DNA of 64,000 nucleotides from an uncultured cyanobacterium (GTDB lineage Bacteria > Cyanobacteriota > Cyanobacteriia > Cyanobacteriales > CAWUOF01), in contig CAVUSO010000001.1 in the NCBI GenBank assembly GCA_963744145.1, forward strand, positions 2,144,001 through 2,208,000, written 5' to 3'. The notes under the pieces are model-generated. The model made no database searches. It was given only the letters and a program-made list of their open reading frames with translations, and was not told the origin of the DNA. This document shows positions 20,866 through 30,387 of this stretch, in pieces (position 1 is the stretch's first letter; every line of letters begins with the position of its first letter). Position numbers and translations under genes: made by a program.

Positions 20866-22230
20866 ATGCAAATTTCCGAATCTCCTGTCACTCAGCAAAC
20901 TGAGTCAACTTCTCACCAGATCAACGGATTTGATCTGCAAAATCCTCCTCAAACCAAATTAATTGATACTTGTGTTCACTGTGGGTTTTGTTTAGCAACT
21001 TGTCCCAGTTATCGAATCTTAGGGAAAGAAATGGATTCTCCTAGAGGGAGGATTTACTTAATGGATGCAATTCATCAAGGAGAAGCACCCTTAAATAGTG
21101 TAACGGTAGAGCATTTTGATTCTTGTTTAGGATGTTTAGCTTGTGTGACTACTTGTCCTTCCGGAGTCAAATATGATCAACTAATTGCTGCAACTCGTCC
21201 TCAAGTCGAACGGAATTATCAACGAGGATGGAGCGATCGCTTAATTCGGGCTCTAATTTTTCATCTTTTTCCCTATCCCCAACGATTACGTTTATTATTG
21301 ATTCCGATATTGCTGTATCAAAAATTAGGATTACAGAAACTGATCCGGGGGACAAAACTTCTCGCACAAATATCTCCTCAGTTAGCAGCAATGGAATCAA
21401 TTTTACCACAAATATCCCTAGCAGCTTTCACCGATGACTTACCCACTATTATTCCAGCTCAAGGAAAAAAACGCTACCGGGTGGGAATGATTTTAGGATG
21501 TGTACAAAGATTATTTTTCTCTCCAGTTAATGAAGCTACAGTCAGAGTATTAAGTAGCAATGGTTGTGAAATTGTGATTCCCAAAACTCAGGGATGTTGT
21601 GGAGCACTTCCAGAACATCAGGGACAAACAGCACAATCCCAAGCGATCGCACGTCAGATGATTGATAGTTTTGCAGATACTAACGTTGATACAATTATTA
21701 TTAATGCAGCTGGTTGTGGTCATACCTTGAAAGAATATGGTCATATTTTGGAGAATGATCCTGAATATGCAGAAAAAGCTCAAGTATTTGCTAGTAAAGT
21801 CAGAGACGTACAAGAATTTTTAGCAACAGTGGGATTAACAACTAAACTGCACCCCTTAATTGAGGGAGAATTAACAATTGTCTATCAAGACGCTTGTCAT
21901 TTATTACATGGACAAAAAATTAGTTTACCACCAAGACAATTATTACAACAAATTCCAGGAATAAAACTCAAAGAACCAATTGATGCTGCGCTATGTTGTG
22001 GGAGTGCTGGAGTTTACAATATGCTCCAACCGGAAGTAGCAGATGAATTAGGTAAACAAAAAGTAGAAAACTTGCTCAATACAGGTGCTGAATTAATTGC
22101 TTCACCTAATCCCGGGTGTTCTTTGCAAATTAATAAACATTTGCAATTGCAAGGTAAAGAGATCTGTGTATTACATCCGATCCAATTATTAGATTATTCG
22201 AGCAGAGGGATCAAATTGTCAAGAAAATAA
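20866..22230 (+). CDS. glcF: Glycolate oxidase iron-sulfur subunit
   Basis: CVHCGFCLATCP and CLGCLACVTTCP 4Fe-4S motifs; two CCG domains. Confidence 0.92.
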   Translation: MQISESPVTQQTESTSHQINGFDLQNPPQTKLIDTCVHCGFCLATCPSYRILGKEMDSPRGRIYLMDAIHQGEAPLNSVTVEHFDSCLGCLACVTTCPSGVKYDQLIAATRPQVERNYQRGWSDRLIRALIFHLFPYPQRLRLLLIPILLYQKLGLQKLIRGTKLLAQISPQLAAMESILPQISLAAFTDDLPTIIPAQGKKRYRVGMILGCVQRLFFSPVNEATVRVLSSNGCEIVIPKTQGCCGALPEHQGQTAQSQAIARQMIDSFADTNVDTIIINAAGCGHTLKEYGHILENDPEYAEKAQVFASKVRDVQEFLATVGLTTKLHPLIEGELTIVYQDACHLLHGQKISLPPRQLLQQIPGIKLKEPIDAALCCGSAGVYNMLQPEVADELGKQKVENLLNTGAELIASPNPGCSLQINKHLQLQGKEICVLHPIQLLDYSSRGIKLSRK

Positions 22231-22254
22231 TCATCAAAGCAAAAGGAATCTGGG

Positions 22255-22422
22255 CAGAAGAAGGGTTTACCCTGAGTGTTCCCTGAGCCTTGCCCTGAGC
22301 GTAGTCGAAGGGGTAGTCGAAGGACGGAGTCGAAGGGTGAAGCATTCGGATCTAATATTACTAGCTGGATCGCTCAATTGTCGTCCGAATGCTTCACCCC
22401 TACAGTTAACTGAACCCTATTG
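22255..22422. repeat. REP-like hairpin element with nested CCTGAGCGnAGTCGAAGG insertions
   Basis: GGGTGAAGCATTCGG...CCGAATGCTTCACCCCTAC stem followed by TTAACTGAACCCTATTG; three nested CCTGAG/AGTCGAAGG units between duplicated GAAGGGT. Confidence 0.85.
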
Positions 22423-22449
22423 AATCATACCTCAATTCAACAACATCGG

Positions 22450-22920
22450 TTAATTTCTAGGGGGCAATTCACTAACTATTTCCCTAATTTTTACCCATTC
22501 ATAAGCTAAAGCAGTTTCTCCTGGTCTAATTCTGCGATTTTGTAATTCTGGATGACGTTGATAAAATATTGCATCTGCAACATTATCTAAAACACAACTA
22601 ACTAATTTTACTCCATTTTTAACTTGAGTATCATAATTAAGCAGATACCAGTCAGACCCAAAATTATGACCAGCATATTTTTGGTAAACTAAGCTATGAC
22701 GAACAACTTTTTCGATCGCTTGCCATTCATTGATATAATTAACTTCGTCAATGCTAATTTTTCGTCCGATTAGCTCTGGATGAAGCCTAAAGAAAAATTT
22801 ATTAGTCCATTGATCAATAACTGGTTGAGGGACATTAGCTGGAATTTTATGGTTCAAACTATGATTCCAGATTCCAGACAAAACGGGGAAAGAAGAAACT
22901 CGGCTTTTCATGGTTGACAA
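22450..22920 (-). CDS. Hypothetical protein with two internal F..(R/L)HPEL..R.I...E.....EW..I repeats
   Basis: 156-aa ORF; the two repeats are visible in the translation. Confidence 0.7.
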   Translation of the reverse strand: MSTMKSRVSSFPVLSGIWNHSLNHKIPANVPQPVIDQWTNKFFFRLHPELIGRKISIDEVNYINEWQAIEKVVRHSLVYQKYAGHNFGSDWYLLNYDTQVKNGVKLVSCVLDNVADAIFYQRHPELQNRRIRPGETALAYEWVKIREIVSELPPRN

Positions 22921-22983
22921 AAGTTTTAATTTTTACTTATTATTCCCGAAGGGTAAATAAACTTACCTTTCAGCCCAGCTTGT

Positions 22984-23031
22984 TGTGGGACAGACATCTG
23001 GTCTGTCCGAGGTATTTTTGCAAGAAGTCTA
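22984..23031. repeat. GGACAGACA...TCTGTCC palindromic dispersed repeat
   Basis: The same element occurs in the opposite orientation at 54539-54585 and partially at 24715-24750. Confidence 0.8.
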
Positions 23032-23200
23032 AAATAGTTGACTGAACTTACTTTGACTAGACTCAGTGAAAATACGGAAGTGGGCTTCATTATTTTCACT
23101 TACTCTTCTAAATACCTCCTCTCTCTATTGACAGAATTATCTAAAAATTGAGCCGGCATTGTTACAAAACTTTACAAAATGAGCTGATTAGGTGATCCGG

Positions 23201-24601
23201 TTAGATGGGATCGGGGCATTTTTTGGAATTGGCTGTAATTTTTTGGTGAATATGACGAGGTAAACCTAATTCAGCTTGGACATAGAGTCGTTCAAATTCA
23301 CGGATAAAATGAGCAGTAACCATAGGATTATCAATAATTACCACTGTTTCATCATTATTAGCATTAGCTACTGCTGACCAATTGTGAGAACCTGCGATCG
23401 CTATTTTGTCATCGACGATCGCAAATTTATGATGCAACAAATCACCCTGGGGTAACCGAGGAGTACCTACAGTTTGCAGGGGATTTAACCAAGGACGATT
23501 TTCTGATTCAGATTTACATTTAGCACTTAATTTTACTCCCATCATATCCAATGCTTCACTATAAGGACGATAGATAAAATTGCGGTCTATTAAAGCACGG
23601 ATCTGGACATTTTGTTGATGTTTGGTTGCCAAAATATTGACTAAATTTTGCTCAGAAAATACAAACAAGGCTAAATCAATCTTTTTGGTTGCTGTGCTTA
23701 AAGTTTTACCAATAATTCCATTGCTCGTTTGATTCCAAGGTATTTTTTGACTGGTGGGAGAAAACTGGATGGTAAGATGATTATCACCAAGTTGAACTTG
23801 TTGTGCTGATCGAAAGGGTTTTTTACTCCCAAATTTGCTATCTAGTTTCCCACCCGGACCATCTCCCCACATTAGATTAAACTCTTGGGTAAATAATCTA
23901 GCAACTTCAGTGCTGTCAATTTTTAGCAAATTATTGGGATTCCCCCGACTATCAGGAAAGCGAAAATCTCCGTGCATATCACTAGTAGTAAAATTAGCAG
24001 AAGTAACGATTACTTTACTACCATCAATAATCATAAATTTGTGGTGCATTAAACCACTACCTTTTGAGCCATCAGCGGTATCATCAAGTAGATTGATTTG
24101 CCCATTTTGCAAAATCGCGATCGCGTCACCTTGATTAATTTCATCAATCGTAATTTCCCCATCATGATTATGATCAATTAGTTGCTGTAATTCTTGAAAG
24201 CGATCGCGTTCCCTTGGGGTCATTTTCCTAATTTCCTGACGAGTGATCGTCCGAAAAGCACGATTATAAGTATTTTCCACAATCACCCGAACTTTTACCC
24301 CAGCTTTTTGTCGTTCTACCAGTGCTTGAGCAATTTTGGGTAAGTGTAATTCCTGGACAGCTACATCGATAGTAGAATTAGCACTGGTGATGGTATCAAT
24401 AATGACTTGTTCTAAATTGTCCCCGGGACGAATTTGCTGGCGATCGGATTCTTGATACTGAGCAATTTGGTTATGATTGAAGTAAACTTGAACAAAGGAA
24501 TCTTGGGGTAACGCTGAGAGTCGCGGGTTTTGGGTCTTAACCCTTTGACAAGCGACTAGGGTAAAGGCTAAGAAAAAAATAAAATAATGTCGTAGTTGCA
24601 T
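23201..24601 (-). CDS. Phospholipase D-family (two HKD motifs) lipoprotein, cyanobacterial ComA-like nuclease lacking the C-terminal HhH
   Basis: LVAC lipobox; HHKFMIIDG and HHKFAIVDD; GSHNWS. Confidence 0.85.
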   Translation of the reverse strand: MQLRHYFIFFLAFTLVACQRVKTQNPRLSALPQDSFVQVYFNHNQIAQYQESDRQQIRPGDNLEQVIIDTITSANSTIDVAVQELHLPKIAQALVERQKAGVKVRVIVENTYNRAFRTITRQEIRKMTPRERDRFQELQQLIDHNHDGEITIDEINQGDAIAILQNGQINLLDDTADGSKGSGLMHHKFMIIDGSKVIVTSANFTTSDMHGDFRFPDSRGNPNNLLKIDSTEVARLFTQEFNLMWGDGPGGKLDSKFGSKKPFRSAQQVQLGDNHLTIQFSPTSQKIPWNQTSNGIIGKTLSTATKKIDLALFVFSEQNLVNILATKHQQNVQIRALIDRNFIYRPYSEALDMMGVKLSAKCKSESENRPWLNPLQTVGTPRLPQGDLLHHKFAIVDDKIAIAGSHNWSAVANANNDETVVIIDNPMVTAHFIREFERLYVQAELGLPRHIHQKITANSKKCPDPI

Positions 24602-24714
24602 TAGGGTTAAGGGAGATAGGGGACAAAAATGGCTAATCGGTTGATTTTGAGTCGCTGGATTTTAAGTGAACAATTAGCTTTTTGCAATACCCACATCACC
24701 AATAAACAAGAAAG

Positions 24715-24750
24715 CAAAAATAACTAGGACAGACAAGATGTCTGTCCCCC
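24715..24750. repeat. GGACAGACAAGATGTCTGTCC palindromic repeat
   Basis: Core identical to 54562-54582. Confidence 0.8.
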
Positions 24751-24802
24751 AAAAGATCAGGAAAATCTATCCTTAGATAATGTTTGCTCAAATAACACCT
24801 AT

Positions 24803-25459
24803 ATGAATGTGTCTCTCAAATCGACTCCCTTACGGGTTTTAATCGTTGAGGATGATCCCATGATGCAATTGGGATTAGAGCAGTCTCTGTCGGAAAACCC
24901 AGAAATTCTGATTGTGGGACAAGCTGATGATGGTTACTTAGGGGTAGAAGCAGCACTGAAGCTCAAACCTGATTTAATTGTCATGGATATTGGTTTACCA
25001 CGTTTGGATGGAATTGCAGCTACCCAAAAAATTAAGGAAGTTTTACCAGAGATCCGGATTGTCATCCTCACTTCCCATACTTCGGAAACAGAAATTATTG
25101 CTGCTCTTTCTAGTGGTGCTGACGCTTATTGTGTTAAAGGTGCCAGTATAGATCAGTTATTAGCTGCGATCGCTGTAGCTCAAGAAGGTGCAACTTATCT
25201 TGATCCGCAAATTGCTCGTAAAGTGATCGATCATCTCAAACCACCGATTACTTCTCCAACTAATATTGTTAATTTATCCCAGCGGGAGTTAGAAGTATTA
25301 AAACTGATGGTCGAAGGTAAAAGTAATCCCGAAATTGCTAATGTACTTTATCTGAGTCCTAATACTATTAAAACTCATGTCCGTGGGATTATGAATAAAT
25401 TAGCGGTTGACGATCGAGTCCAAGCGGCGGTAGTAGCTTTGCGATCTGGGTTAGTATAA
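24803..25459 (+). CDS. NarL/LuxR-family DNA-binding response regulator
   Basis: Receiver plus LSQRELEVLKLMVEGKSNPEIA...TIKTHV helix-turn-helix. Confidence 0.95.
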   Translation: MNVSLKSTPLRVLIVEDDPMMQLGLEQSLSENPEILIVGQADDGYLGVEAALKLKPDLIVMDIGLPRLDGIAATQKIKEVLPEIRIVILTSHTSETEIIAALSSGADAYCVKGASIDQLLAAIAVAQEGATYLDPQIARKVIDHLKPPITSPTNIVNLSQRELEVLKLMVEGKSNPEIANVLYLSPNTIKTHVRGIMNKLAVDDRVQAAVVALRSGLV

Positions 25460-25476
25460 TTATACCTCAAAAGAAA

Positions 25477-27117
25477 CTAAGGATGTTTTTGAATCGTAGC
25501 AGTTGCAGTATAAATTGCCTCAGTTGTTGTTTCAAAACAATTGGACTCCCCAATTTCTGCCAATAGTCCTGATCTTTCTAGAATTTGTTTAACTTGGGGC
25601 TGCAAACCGGTGAGAATTAAGAGACAATTATGACGTTTTAAGTCGCGATAAATATCTTCAAGAGCAACTAATCCAGTTACATCCATATTGGGGACAAATC
25701 GCAGTCGCAAAATGAGAAACTTCACTTCTGGTTCATCCCGTAGGAATGTCACAAACCGTTCAGCAGCACCAAAAAATACTGGTCCATCTACTCGATAAAC
25801 GGCTATTTGCTTGCTTAACTCTAGGGGAACACCAGGTGGAAAGACTTCTGTTTCCGGAATTTTGGCTAAACTCAGATCGCTCATCCGCTTAATGAATAAA
25901 GCACCTGCTGCAATCAATCCCACTTCTACAGCTAATACTAAGTCAAAACAGATGGTCACTAACCAGGTGAGAATCATTACCGCAAAGTCGGAATAAGTAG
26001 CACGTAGCAGCAAGCCGATCGCTTCCCATTCGATCATCCGCAGGCTAACTACCATCAGAATACCAGCTAATGCCGCGAGGGGAATTTGGGCTGCTAGGGG
26101 AGCAAACGCTAAGACGATAATCGCTAAAATAATACCGTGAATTACGCCCGAAAGTCGGGTTTTACCACCAGCACGGACATTAACCGCAGTTCTTGCGATC
26201 GCACCCGTTGCGGGAATACCCCCAAAAAAAGGTACTACAATATTTGCCAATCCTTGACCGATCAGTTCTCTATCACTATTATGTTTCTCACTAACGGTCA
26301 TGCCATCAGCTACTACCGCAGATAGCAATGACTCAATACTTCCCAATGCAGCTAGTGCTAATGCAGGATTGATCAGTTCTTGGACCAGACCAAAATCATT
26401 CCAGTGGGGAATAGCTTGGAGCATGGGTAAGGATTGGGGGATTGAACCGATCGTGGGGACTTGAAGTTGAAAAAAAGAGGCGATCGCTGTTGCTAATAGT
26501 AACCCCACTAAAGAAGCTGGGATCATGGTATTGAGTCTGGGCCATAGCATTTTGGTGATAATTACTACCATTGCTAACCCCATTGCTACCCAGTTAGCAC
26601 TCTCAATCTGGGTCAAAGTTGTCCAGAGTCCGGGTAAAAAATGTTCACTTCGTGGTAATTGCAAACCAAAGAAATTGTTGAGCTGACCACAAAAGATAAT
26701 TACGGCGATCCCATTAGTAAAACCTGCTGTCACTGGATAGGGAATAAACTTGACTAAGCGTCCGAGTTTAGCAATCCCGAAAGCAACCTGGATAATACCA
26801 GCCATTACCCCAGCTAGCCAAACTTTTTCAATCCCATATTTAGCAACAAGTCCTACTAGGACAACCGCCATTGCTCCGGTCGGTCCAGTAATTTGCACTG
26901 GAGAACCACCAAAGATTGCGGCTACAATTCCCGCTACAATTGCTGTGTAGAGTCCGGCTTTCGGTTCCACTCCACTCGCTACTGCAAAAGCTAGCGCTAA
27001 AGGTAGTGCTACCACAGCTGCTGTTAGCCCACCCGCCAAATCACCCTTCCAATGATGTAGTTGCTGACCGATATCGAAATATTGAATGTGATCAAGAGTA
27101 TTTTTTACTGTCTTCAT
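25477..27117 (-). CDS. SulP-family anion (sulfate/bicarbonate) permease with STAS domain
   Basis: GDLAGGLTAAVVALPLALAF, GPTGA, ELIGQGLAN; C-terminal STAS GPVFFGAA. Confidence 0.93.
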   Translation of the reverse strand: MKTVKNTLDHIQYFDIGQQLHHWKGDLAGGLTAAVVALPLALAFAVASGVEPKAGLYTAIVAGIVAAIFGGSPVQITGPTGAMAVVLVGLVAKYGIEKVWLAGVMAGIIQVAFGIAKLGRLVKFIPYPVTAGFTNGIAVIIFCGQLNNFFGLQLPRSEHFLPGLWTTLTQIESANWVAMGLAMVVIITKMLWPRLNTMIPASLVGLLLATAIASFFQLQVPTIGSIPQSLPMLQAIPHWNDFGLVQELINPALALAALGSIESLLSAVVADGMTVSEKHNSDRELIGQGLANIVVPFFGGIPATGAIARTAVNVRAGGKTRLSGVIHGIILAIIVLAFAPLAAQIPLAALAGILMVVSLRMIEWEAIGLLLRATYSDFAVMILTWLVTICFDLVLAVEVGLIAAGALFIKRMSDLSLAKIPETEVFPPGVPLELSKQIAVYRVDGPVFFGAAERFVTFLRDEPEVKFLILRLRFVPNMDVTGLVALEDIYRDLKRHNCLLILTGLQPQVKQILERSGLLAEIGESNCFETTTEAIYTATATIQKHP

Positions 27118-29342
27118 CTGTTTATCGGTAAAGTAAACCAGAATTTTGCCCCATGACCAGGATGGCTAATTACGCCAATTTTACCTCCATGAGCTGTAAT
27201 AATTTGCCGACACACATATAATCCCAATCCAATTCCATTTAAGTGTCGAGTATTAGTACCTCGGTAGTATAAATCAAAGAGGCGATCGCATTGTTCTTGG
27301 TTCATTCCGATCCCGTTATCCGTCAGACTACAGTCAATCATCTGATTGTTTATAGTCACCCTAATGGTTAAAGTAATTCCGGGTGGATTATGTTTTAAAG
27401 CATTAGTAATTAAATTTTCAAATACGCGCCAGAGTGCAGTAGCATCAGCATCTATAATTGGTAAATTAGGCTCAATCTCCGTCACGATCGCCGCTCTATT
27501 TTTTACTAATAGAGGTTCCATTTCAGCTAGAATCTCATCAATCAAAGTAGTAATCTGCATCGGTTGATAGTGCAAAATTATCCCTTGCACTTCGTTCCCA
27601 TGAACTTCTAGCAAAGAATTAATTAAAGTCAATTGCCGATCGCTACTTTGGATCATTCTTTCTAAAACTTGTCGCGGTACAGTAATCAGACTTTCTGATT
27701 GATTTTTTAGCAAATTATTCAATACCATTAATGTCCCCATGACTGGTGTCCGTAGATCATGGGAAACTGCGTGTAAAAAAACATCTTTTAACCGATTTAG
27801 TTCTTGTAATTCCTGCATTTTTTGTTGCAGTTGAGCAGTTCGTTCTTCTACTTGACGTTCTAGGTTAGCATTGAGATTAGTTAGTTGTTGATAAAGTTGT
27901 CCTTGGTGAATTGCGATCGCGACTTGGTTAGCTAATTTCGATAATAAATCCATTTCAAAATATTGCCATTGACGCGGTGCAGTACATTGATGTGCTAAGA
28001 GGATACCAAAAATATTTTCTTTCCATAAAATTGGTACAGCTAAAACCGCTTTCACTTGAAAAATGCGCCAATATTCATTCCGGATCTCTGAAGTTTTAAT
28101 TAAACTTGTATCTTCGATCGCTTGGATATGACTATTAGCAAAGAAATTCCGCAATTCCTGAAGATAATTATCATCCATGATTGATAATCCCAGACAGGAA
28201 GAAAAATTATCATCTACCGATTCAGCTAAAACTTTACCCCGTTGATCTTGATCTAGATAGCTGACTAAAACTCGATCAGCTTGCAGTAACTGTCTTACTT
28301 CTGATACTGTATTATTTAGAATTTCATTTAATTCTAAGGATCTCCTAATTCGTAAAGCTACTTCTCCTAACAAGCGATCGCGTTTTTCTGCTTGGACTCT
28401 TTCTGTAATATCATGGATTAGGGCTAATATACATTCTTCACCGTCAAGATTAATAATTTCTGCTGATAGTAATCCAACAATTATTTCCCCTGATTTTTTC
28501 CGAAATTTGAATTCTAAGTTATTAACTTGTTTCACTTCTCGCAACATTTGGATCATTTCTATTCGCTCTTCTTTATTAACCCAAATATTTAACTCGATCG
28601 CGTTATAACCAATTACTTCTGGTCGAGTATATTGGAGAATACGCAAAAAACTATCATTTACTTCTAAATAGCACCCATCGGTCAATGTACTAATAGTGAT
28701 TGCATTCGGACTAGCACGAAATGCTTTAGCAAACTTCTCTTCAGATAGACGTAATGCTGCTTCTACCATAGCGCGATCGCGAGCTTCTATTGCTAAAGAA
28801 ACTAAATCAGCGATCGAACCAGCAAAATTTTCTTCTTCTACTGTCCAATGACGGGATAATCCTACCTGTTCATGACAGACAACTCCTACCATTTTACCAC
28901 CTAATCGAATGGGTGAATCCAACATGGAGCTAATCTGAAAATCAGTGAGATAACCTTGAGCAAATTCTTTTGTTCTCGGATCGACATCCGCTTCATGTGC
29001 TGCAATTGTGCGTTCGGTTTCTAATGCTTGAAAATAATGAGGATAATTAGCTGCTGCTAGTTCTATTCCAGCACTATGAGAATTAGAGCTTTGCTGGTAG
29101 AGATTAATGCAATGTAAATGAAAGCGATCATTTTGATATAACCAAACACTAACTCGATCTACTGCCAAAGTTTGTGCTGCTGTTTCAGTAATTTCTTGTA
29201 CTGCTTTGATAAACTGGGAATAAGGATTTTGATTTAGTGCTGTTGTTTGATATTGACGTTTAGCCAATTCTAGCAAAACCCAATTTTGTTTTTGGAGACG
29301 CTGAGTAATTTCAGATAGCCTAATTTCTACTTCATTTTGCAT
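27114..29342 (-). CDS. GAF-PAS-GAF histidine kinase
   Basis: Two GAFs with no recognisable CBCR chromophore-Cys motif; PAS; SHDLRTP H-box; start placed at ATG 29342 because the longer ORF start lies inside a repeat element. Confidence 0.88.
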   Translation of the reverse strand: MQNEVEIRLSEITQRLQKQNWVLLELAKRQYQTTALNQNPYSQFIKAVQEITETAAQTLAVDRVSVWLYQNDRFHLHCINLYQQSSNSHSAGIELAAANYPHYFQALETERTIAAHEADVDPRTKEFAQGYLTDFQISSMLDSPIRLGGKMVGVVCHEQVGLSRHWTVEEENFAGSIADLVSLAIEARDRAMVEAALRLSEEKFAKAFRASPNAITISTLTDGCYLEVNDSFLRILQYTRPEVIGYNAIELNIWVNKEERIEMIQMLREVKQVNNLEFKFRKKSGEIIVGLLSAEIINLDGEECILALIHDITERVQAEKRDRLLGEVALRIRRSLELNEILNNTVSEVRQLLQADRVLVSYLDQDQRGKVLAESVDDNFSSCLGLSIMDDNYLQELRNFFANSHIQAIEDTSLIKTSEIRNEYWRIFQVKAVLAVPILWKENIFGILLAHQCTAPRQWQYFEMDLLSKLANQVAIAIHQGQLYQQLTNLNANLERQVEERTAQLQQKMQELQELNRLKDVFLHAVSHDLRTPVMGTLMVLNNLLKNQSESLITVPRQVLERMIQSSDRQLTLINSLLEVHGNEVQGIILHYQPMQITTLIDEILAEMEPLLVKNRAAIVTEIEPNLPIIDADATALWRVFENLITNALKHNPPGITLTIRVTINNQMIDCSLTDNGIGMNQEQCDRLFDLYYRGTNTRHLNGIGLGLYVCRQIITAHGGKIGVISHPGHGAKFWFTLPINR

Positions 29343-29397
29343 CTTAGCTGCTTTAATTTTTCCGAATATAATATCTAGATTAGGTCTCAGCGCAGCA

Positions 29398-29491
29398 GCA
29401 GAAGGGTGAAGCATTCGGATCTAATGTTACTGCTTTGATTGTTTACTTATCGCCCGAATGCTTCACCCCTACAATTAACTGAACTGGATTG
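29398..29491. repeat. REP-like hairpin element
   Basis: GGGTGAAGCATTCGG...CCGAATGCTTCACCCCTAC followed by TTAACTGAACTGGATTG. Confidence 0.85.
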
Positions 29492-29541
29492 AATTAGATC
29501 CAAATTATCCTCAATCATAATTAACTGATTTGCGGATTTCT

Positions 29542-29603
29542 GTAGGGGTGGGTTCACCAGTAGCTCTGCAATTTACCAACAAATAATAAAAACCCACCCC
29601 CAC
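29542..29603. repeat. GTAG-initiated REP-like hairpin
   Basis: GTAGGGGTGGGTT...AACCCACCCCCAC inverted repeat. Confidence 0.7.
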
Positions 29604-29699
29604 CCACAGATCAATCCTCAACCGTTCAATCTGATCCCAATTTTTGATGAAGTTACATAGAATTGGGCGAATATTTTTGATCATATAAACCCAGCTTAA

Positions 29700-30272
29700 T
29701 TAAAACGGAATCGGATCGTAATCATCGGGTTGTTTTTTTGGTAAAGGAGCGCTAGTAAAATCCTCATAATCATCAGCAGATTTATTTTTTGGTAAAGGTT
29801 CAACAGGAGCATAACTAGGAGGAGAAATATCAGCATCTCTGCTCCGAGCATTAGCAGGTTTAGGAGCATCAAAATTTTGCTGACGACGCTCTAAAGGAAC
29901 CACATTACTTTTAGCTACAGCTCCATCAGGTTGAGTCGATGTATTTACATTAGGAGTAGCTGCAATAAAATCCCCATTAAGACTGTAGATTTTACCTACT
30001 ACTAATTCAGCCCGCTTTTCTTTAAAACCTTCAGATCGTTCGATCGTATTCATACTCAAACGACCTTCAATAATCACGCGATCGCCAGGGTGATAGCGTT
30101 GTTGAATTTCTTGAGCCAAATTTCCCCATCCGACTACCTTTAAAGTCGCGGGAGGATCTTGTTCGTTTAAACCGGGAAACTCCACCAACATTTCTGCTAG
30201 AGCTGTATTATCAGTAGTAAAACGTAACTGCGGTTCTTGAACGATTTCTGCCATCAAAATACAATTATTCAT
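29700..30272 (-). CDS. ssb: Single-stranded DNA-binding protein (cyanobacterial type)
   Basis: OB-fold EPQLRFT...VVGWGNLA...VIIEGRL; acidic DDYDPIPF tail. Confidence 0.88.
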   Translation of the reverse strand: MNNCILMAEIVQEPQLRFTTDNTALAEMLVEFPGLNEQDPPATLKVVGWGNLAQEIQQRYHPGDRVIIEGRLSMNTIERSEGFKEKRAELVVGKIYSLNGDFIAATPNVNTSTQPDGAVAKSNVVPLERRQQNFDAPKPANARSRDADISPPSYAPVEPLPKNKSADDYEDFTSAPLPKKQPDDYDPIPF

Positions 30273-30387
30273 TGCGAAATTTTCTCCTAGGGTGCATGGG
30301 TAAAGAGTAACAACAATTTACTAATTGATATTCTCTATTCTAACTCGTGAAGCGGGGATCGATCGCGATGAGGTCAGATATTGCCGA

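Noticed and set aside
23066..23100. Hairpin containing GGAAGT as a glutamine riboswitch
   Set aside because: Lacks the flanking P1 and three-way junction pattern, and the gene context does not fit
27900..28380. Second GAF of the 27114 kinase as a photoreceptor
   Set aside because: No CH, CL or DXCF chromophore-binding motif at the expected position
29343..29414. N-terminal extension of the GAF kinase in the ORF track
   Set aside because: The upstream ATG lies inside a REP-like element; ATG 29342 is more plausible
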